The notes under the pieces were generated by a model, which made no database searches, was not told where the DNA came from, and was given only the letters and a program-made list of their open reading frames with translations. A stretch of DNA of 64,000 nt. It comes from an uncultured delta proteobacterium (lineage in GTDB: Bacteria; Desulfobacterota; Binatia; UBA9968). The stretch covers positions 160,001-224,000 of the forward strand of contig CAWFJP010000031.1 of the NCBI GenBank assembly GCA_963816145.1. Direction: 5' to 3'. Below, piece by piece: positions 59,140 to 64,000 of this stretch. Position numbers and translations under genes: made by a program. Within the stretch, counting starts at the first letter, position 1. The number at the start of each line of letters is the position of its first letter.

Positions 59140-60113
59140 TTATTTTCTCCTCGCGTTGAAAAAAGTGCCGTTCTTAATGGCCTGGTCAAAGCTGTTCCAG
59201 CCATAGTCTATGCCGCCGGTGGCCGCAAGGCTGAAGGCGGAGGCGGTCAGCGCGCTGACGAAAGCGATCTGCGCTTCTTCGGTGTCATCGGGTTCGTCTT
59301 CGAATGCGCGCAGCGTGTGCTCGTTCGGATACTGCGCATCTTGGTGGACCGTGTCCCGTATCGAGATCTCGCCGACCGCGCGCGGAATGAAGCGGTAAAA
59401 TTGCCCGCGGTTGCGGGTGGGCCAGATGTCCTCGTCCGCACCGATCACCATCACTGGAGCGGTGATCCGCTGCAGCAACTGCCGCAATTCCCGGCCGATC
59501 CCGGCAGGATCGAGGAGCACGCCACCGAACGCGGGGGCTTTTTCCCCCAACGCGGTGGCGACGGCGGTCGCGCCGAATGAGTGGCCCACCAGAATGATCT
59601 TGTCCGCGTCGATGCGCTCGTCGACGAGCTGCGGCGTCCGATGAATCGCGTCGACCAGCCTGGCAAGGGTTCTGCCGTTGGCGATCCACGGGCCACGTTT
59701 GGGCAAGTCGAGGGCCAGGCTATGCATGCCCCAGGAGGCCAAGTGCTTCGCTTGGAAGGCATGATCCTCCTTCGAATTGTCGAGACCGTGCAACACGATC
59801 ACCAGGGGAGCCTTGCGGGCCGCCGCGCACAGGTACAAGTCCGCTGTCCGCCGTGAGACCGGAAGCCAGGGAGATTTCCAGGTCTTTGCGCTCGCTGACG
59901 GCAAAGGGCCCGCGCAACCTGAATTGTGCGACGTCGGGTTTGCGGGATAGTAGATATCGTTGGAGCTCGGCGGGGTTATCGGTCTTTATCGTCGTGACTT
60001 CAAGGCCCGGAAACCGGCGAGCACAGCCGACCGAATGCGCCATGAGCGCGATCAGCAGCAAGGGCTGAAATGCGAAAACCTGATCGGCCGATCACGGCTG
60101 CGGTTCCTGGCAT
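59140..60113 (-). pseudogene. Alpha/beta hydrolase with two +1 frameshifts (cassette copy B)
   Basis: Colinear with 28989-29960; extra bases near 60060 and 59848; lipobox-like SVGC where copy A has AVGW. Confidence 0.85.
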
Positions 60114-60334
60114 ATTACTCCCGAGAACGATTCAAGGCAGAGTCTTGAATCTTGACTTTGCTATTTTCGGTTTTGCTCTTAATAACACTTCGAAAATTTT
60201 GCTGTCCGTCTTGAAATGGAAATGGGCGGCGCGATTTCTCCCCTCTCGCTGATGCCCCTTCTCGTCCTCGAAAGGCACACCGAGCTACTTCTACTTCTCG
60301 GCAACTGCGTGTGTCTGCGCAACTCGAGTGGTTC

Positions 60335-60979
60335 CTAGGCCGTCTTGGCAAACCCTTCATTCACTTCTTTCTCGTAGGCGACGAGCTTCTTGACGCTCGG
60401 GCGCTCCTGCATGCGCTTGAAATGCGCCGCGACGTTGGCGAAGCCTGAGATGTCCACTTTCAATTGGGTGGCGCGCCGGCAACACCAAAAGAAATGCGCG
60501 TCCGGGGCGGTGAAATGGTCGAAGAAGTATTCGCGCCCGGCGAGCAAATCATCACCGATTTTGAAGTTCTCGAAGAGCGCTTCGGTGGCGAACTTGATCA
60601 CGCTATCGGACGCGCCGTTGGCGTCGCAGACTTTGGGCGGGTTGTTGATCCGGCTCAGATAGGGGTGGATGCCGCTGGCACACCAGCCATGCAGCGAGAT
60701 CGCCTGCAACTGCTCCCACGGATCGGCGGGCAGGAGCTTCGCTGCGGGGAAGGTTCGATGGACCCATTGATGGATGGCGACGTTCTCGGTCAGGATCTTG
60801 CCGTCGACCACCAGCGCGGGCACCTTGTGTTTCGGGTTGATCTTCAGGTACTCGGGCGAGAAATTCTGCCGCTTGCGGAAATCGAGCGGCCGGACCTCGA
60901 AATCGGCGCCGGCCTCGGCCAGCGTGACATAGGGAGCGAGCGCGCAGGTGTTGGGGGCGTAGTAAAGAACGATTTCCAT
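60335..60979 (-). CDS. Glutathione S-transferase family protein (cassette copy B)
   Basis: LYYAPNTCA, YLKINPKHKVPAL, LTENVAI, FTAPD; GAGGAG RBS. Confidence 0.92.
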   Translation of the reverse strand: MEIVLYYAPNTCALAPYVTLAEAGADFEVRPLDFRKRQNFSPEYLKINPKHKVPALVVDGKILTENVAIHQWVHRTFPAAKLLPADPWEQLQAISLHGWCASGIHPYLSRINNPPKVCDANGASDSVIKFATEALFENFKIGDDLLAGREYFFDHFTAPDAHFFWCCRRATQLKVDISGFANVAAHFKRMQERPSVKKLVAYEKEVNEGFAKTA

Positions 60980-61173
60980 TGATGTCTCCTCATTAGTCTG
61001 ATTCCCGATAATTCCCGCCTCTTGAGTCGGGCACAAATTTGCTGGGCTTTCCGAAGCGTTCGGACATCCCCTTTTGGTCGTGCGCGGGGTTCAAACTCGA
61101 CTCACGAAGTTCGCTTGACCGACCGATTGCGAACTTGGTTCTCCGGGCACCGTCTGGATGGCCATCGACTTCT

Positions 61174-62535
61174 TCACTTCACGAGCAGGGGTATTAATTC
61201 GGCGGCTTTTTCGCAAGTCTCCAATCGGTCCACTGCTTCGATCACTTTGTCGACGCGCTCTTCGGTCAGCACCGCGCGGGCCAGTTTGCGAAACTTAGCT
61301 CGCAGCACATCCCGGCCCACCATGTTGTGCGGCGAGCCGGGCGGGTAGGGCTCAAACGCCTTGTGAATTTTGCCGTTGGTCAGCTTCACTTCCATCGTCG
61401 TGTTGTAATTCTGATCTTTTTTCGCATTCGGGTCTGCGTAACTCTTCACCTTTCTGGCCAGCGCGAGCACCTTCGGGTCGGTCCAGAGTTTCGGGTCCAT
61501 GTAGAAACTCAGATCGTTGTCATTTTTCAGCAAACGAATTGCCAAGGAAAATGGCAGGCTGAATTGCGCGCTTGCCGTGTCATGGGGCTCATAAATCGCC
61601 CCGCCGTGTGTCACCGAGGTTTCGGATATGCCGACGCGGATCTCATCGATGTCGTCCGCGCCAAAGCGATGCTCCTCGATCAGTTTGGCGAGCGTGTAAA
61701 TGACTCCCTGCACTGTAGCGACGCAGGGATAGAGCTTGAACCAGATACGCATGATCTTGAAGTCGCTGCCGAGAGCGCGAGTGATTTCTTCAGGCTCCGA
61801 CTGATCGGCGAAGACTTTTAGAAAGCCGCGCTTGCCTTCGATAATCGTCGGCGGGCCGGTGAGGCCGAGCTGCGCCAGCAGCGCGGATTGAATACCGCCG
61901 CGGGCGGCGACGCCGGCGATCACGCGCTTCACCTCGCCTCCGGTTTGATCGTATTCCATGGTGCCGCTGGAATGCATGCCGGCGATGCCGAAGGCATGGA
62001 GAATTTGCCCTTCAGTCAAGCCGAGCAGTCTTGCCGCTGTCGCCATCGCGCCGAAGGGCGCGCCGATGCCGTGGCTGTGGAAGCCGCGCTTGCCGGCTGA
62101 AGGCCGCACCGCCAGCAGTATACGATACATGATGTCCCATCCGACGACGACGGCGGCAAGGAAATCTTTGCCGGTGCATGGGTATTTTTCACAGAGCGCA
62201 AGCGCTACGGGAACCGTGGCGGCACCCGGGTGGCCGCCGGCTGCGAAGCCGACGTCGTCGAGCTCGCAGCCTTGACCGAACGTGGCGTTCACGAATGCCG
62301 CGTCCAGGGTCGGAACTTTGGCGCCGTAGTTGACCACGGTGCTTTCGCCGCGGCCGCCCATTTCGACAACGTATCGATAGGCAATCTTGTTCCACTCCAG
62401 AGTCGAGCCGATCAGCTCGACGCCGATCTGATCGAGGATGCAGTCTTTGGCCTTTTCAATCGCCTCGCGCGGAATATCTTCAAAACGCAGCCGCGCGGTG
62501 TGGAGCGCCAGTTGTTCAGTGATACCGGTTGTCAT
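61174..62535 (-). CDS. MmgE/PrpD family protein
   Basis: ELDD...GHPGA, RGFHS, KLYPC, AQFSLPF. Confidence 0.92.
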   Translation of the reverse strand: MTTGITEQLALHTARLRFEDIPREAIEKAKDCILDQIGVELIGSTLEWNKIAYRYVVEMGGRGESTVVNYGAKVPTLDAAFVNATFGQGCELDDVGFAAGGHPGAATVPVALALCEKYPCTGKDFLAAVVVGWDIMYRILLAVRPSAGKRGFHSHGIGAPFGAMATAARLLGLTEGQILHAFGIAGMHSSGTMEYDQTGGEVKRVIAGVAARGGIQSALLAQLGLTGPPTIIEGKRGFLKVFADQSEPEEITRALGSDFKIMRIWFKLYPCVATVQGVIYTLAKLIEEHRFGADDIDEIRVGISETSVTHGGAIYEPHDTASAQFSLPFSLAIRLLKNDNDLSFYMDPKLWTDPKVLALARKVKSYADPNAKKDQNYNTTMEVKLTNGKIHKAFEPYPPGSPHNMVGRDVLRAKFRKLARAVLTEERVDKVIEAVDRLETCEKAAELIPLLVK

Positions 62536-62571
62536 GTTTAATTTCCTTTCGAGTTGACTTACCACGAAGTT

Positions 62572-62722
62572 CCCAGCGCGGCAGAGCCGCAAGCGAAATT
62601 CGGAATATCTCTCGCAAAGACGCAAAGGCCGCAAAGTTTGGAAAATAGTTTTGAAAAACGTTCCTCAGTATAATTTATATTTTTTCTCCGAACTTGGCGT
62701 GCTTTGCGCCTTTGCGGGAGGC
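62572..62722. repeat. CGCAAAG/CTTTGCG inverted intergenic repeat
   Basis: CTCGCAAAGACGCAAAG ... CTTTGCGCCTTTGCGGGAG arms around an AT-rich spacer. Confidence 0.75.
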
Positions 62723-62770
62723 AATTCCCATGAACGAGTCCTTGCACCGCGTCTCGACGATTGGGCCGCT

Positions 62771-64000
62771 CTATGCGCGGTTCGCCTTGGCAAAGTCGGC
62801 CGCATGGGTTCCCGCCAAGCGGCCGAAGACCGCGCCCTTCATCAGACCCGATCCGCCGGGATAATTATTGAAAAACGATCCGCCGGTGATTTCTCCCGCG
62901 GCAAAGAGTCCGCTGATCAAATTGCCGCTGGTGTCTTTGACCTCACATTTCTCCGTAATGCCGACGCCGCCGAAGGTAAAGGTGATGCCGCAGGTTACGG
63001 GAAAGGCGTAAAACGGCGGCATGTCCAGGCGCTGCGCCCAGTTCGACTTCGCCGGGCTGATCCCGCGAGTGCATTTGCCGTCGTGCTTCGATGGATCGAA
63101 CGGCGCGTCGTTCACGCCGGCATTGAATTCATTCACTGTCGTAACCACGTTCGCCCAGTCTAAGCCAGGCAATTTTTTTGCCAAGGCCTCGATGCTGTCG
63201 GCGCTGACATGAAAACCGCGGTTATACTCCGAGCGCAGCAGCGGACGCGTCTTGTTGTCGAAAATTTGATACGCGGTCCGCCAAGGCAAACGCAGCACCT
63301 CGCGGCCGCATTTCGCGTAGGTGTAGGTAAAGAAGTCCTCGCCTTCATCGACGAATCGCTTGCCGTCGATATCGACCATGATCCCGTAAGGATAGGAGTA
63401 GCGATGTTCGTAGGCGCACTCGACATCGGGAGCTGCCGAGTCTACTAGGACGGCATGGCAGCCGCTCCAATGGCCGACCGGCTGCGCGCCGAAAGCCAAG
63501 GCAAAATTCAAAACCTCGCCGGAGTTGTAGCGCGAGCCGCGAACTTTGACCAAGTCCCAGCCCGGTCCGAGATAGCGGGCGCGCATTTCCGGATTGGCTT
63601 CGAAGCCGCCGGCGGCCAGAATGACCGCGCGGCCGTGGAAGTCGGCTGTTCCTTCGCTGGTTTGCACGCGTACACCGGCGAGTTTGCCTTTGTCATCGAC
63701 GATCAACCCTTGAGCTCTAGCTTCGTAAAGAATTTCGACGCCTTTGTTCTCCGCAGTCGGAAAAAGCATCTCGATCAGTCCGAGGCCGCCGTCGTTGACG
63801 GAGATAACCCGCCCGGGCGGGAATTTGATTCTCCCTCCCGTTTTAACCGCGTGGGTGCTCGTCGCAAGAATCCACTTGACGTTCATCTCGGTGAGCCATC
63901 GCGCCGTTGGATAGGATTGGTCGACGAGGATGTTGGTGAGTTTCTTATCAGCGGCATACTCGGTCACCTGCATGACATCTTCGAAGAATTCCGCGTTGGT
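62771..64000 (-). CDS. FAD-dependent oxidoreductase, TcuA-like (5' end outside the window)
   Basis: AAGGFEANPEMR, GKRFVDEGEDF, GITFTFGG, NYPGGSGL. Confidence 0.85.
   Translation of the reverse strand, partial: TNAEFFEDVMQVTEYAADKKLTNILVDQSYPTARWLTEMNVKWILATSTHAVKTGGRIKFPPGRVISVNDGGLGLIEMLFPTAENKGVEILYEARAQGLIVDDKGKLAGVRVQTSEGTADFHGRAVILAAGGFEANPEMRARYLGPGWDLVKVRGSRYNSGEVLNFALAFGAQPVGHWSGCHAVLVDSAAPDVECAYEHRYSYPYGIMVDIDGKRFVDEGEDFFTYTYAKCGREVLRLPWRTAYQIFDNKTRPLLRSEYNRGFHVSADSIEALAKKLPGLDWANVVTTVNEFNAGVNDAPFDPSKHDGKCTRGISPAKSNWAQRLDMPPFYAFPVTCGITFTFGGVGITEKCEVKDTSGNLISGLFAAGEITGGSFFNNYPGGSGLMKGAVFGRLAGTHAADFAKANRA

Noticed and set aside
28152-61003. Diversity-generating retroelement behind the MTase variation
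   Set aside because: No reverse transcriptase is in the window, and the differences are not confined to adenines by eye.
276-63696. Many long antisense or alternate-frame ORFs (e.g. 276-1025, 8099-9121, 10336-11619, 53965-55371)
   Set aside because: They are shadows of well-supported genes on the opposite strand in GC-rich DNA.

Overview
GC-rich bacterial window. The gene content (many orphan ABC/TTT solute-binding proteins, MmgE/PrpD, MetE-II, tcuAB) suggests a Binatia/'Deltaproteobacteria'-type genome; this is inference only. Catabolic and transport genes are interleaved with a heavily rearranged accessory landscape. Main signals: (1) five intact copies plus one fragment of a signal-peptide-bearing, six-cysteine class I SAM-methyltransferase-fold gene, descended from a GST / alpha-beta hydrolase / MTase cassette that is duplicated in inverted orientation (28.2-30.9 kb and 58.0-61.0 kb) with complementary frameshifts; (2) eight co-oriented, decayed copies of the last ~30 codons of a cobalamin-independent methionine synthase II gene, plus many other 5'-truncated gene tails, one of which brackets an unusual CoA-ligase/adenylation/carrier fusion gene; (3) two MITE families with visible target duplications, RAYT and IS remnants, two TA pairs, and a Fic gene preceded by a 5 x 24-bp phased array. 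No rRNA, tRNA or CRISPR array was recognised. All calls were made by eye from motifs, without database searches.
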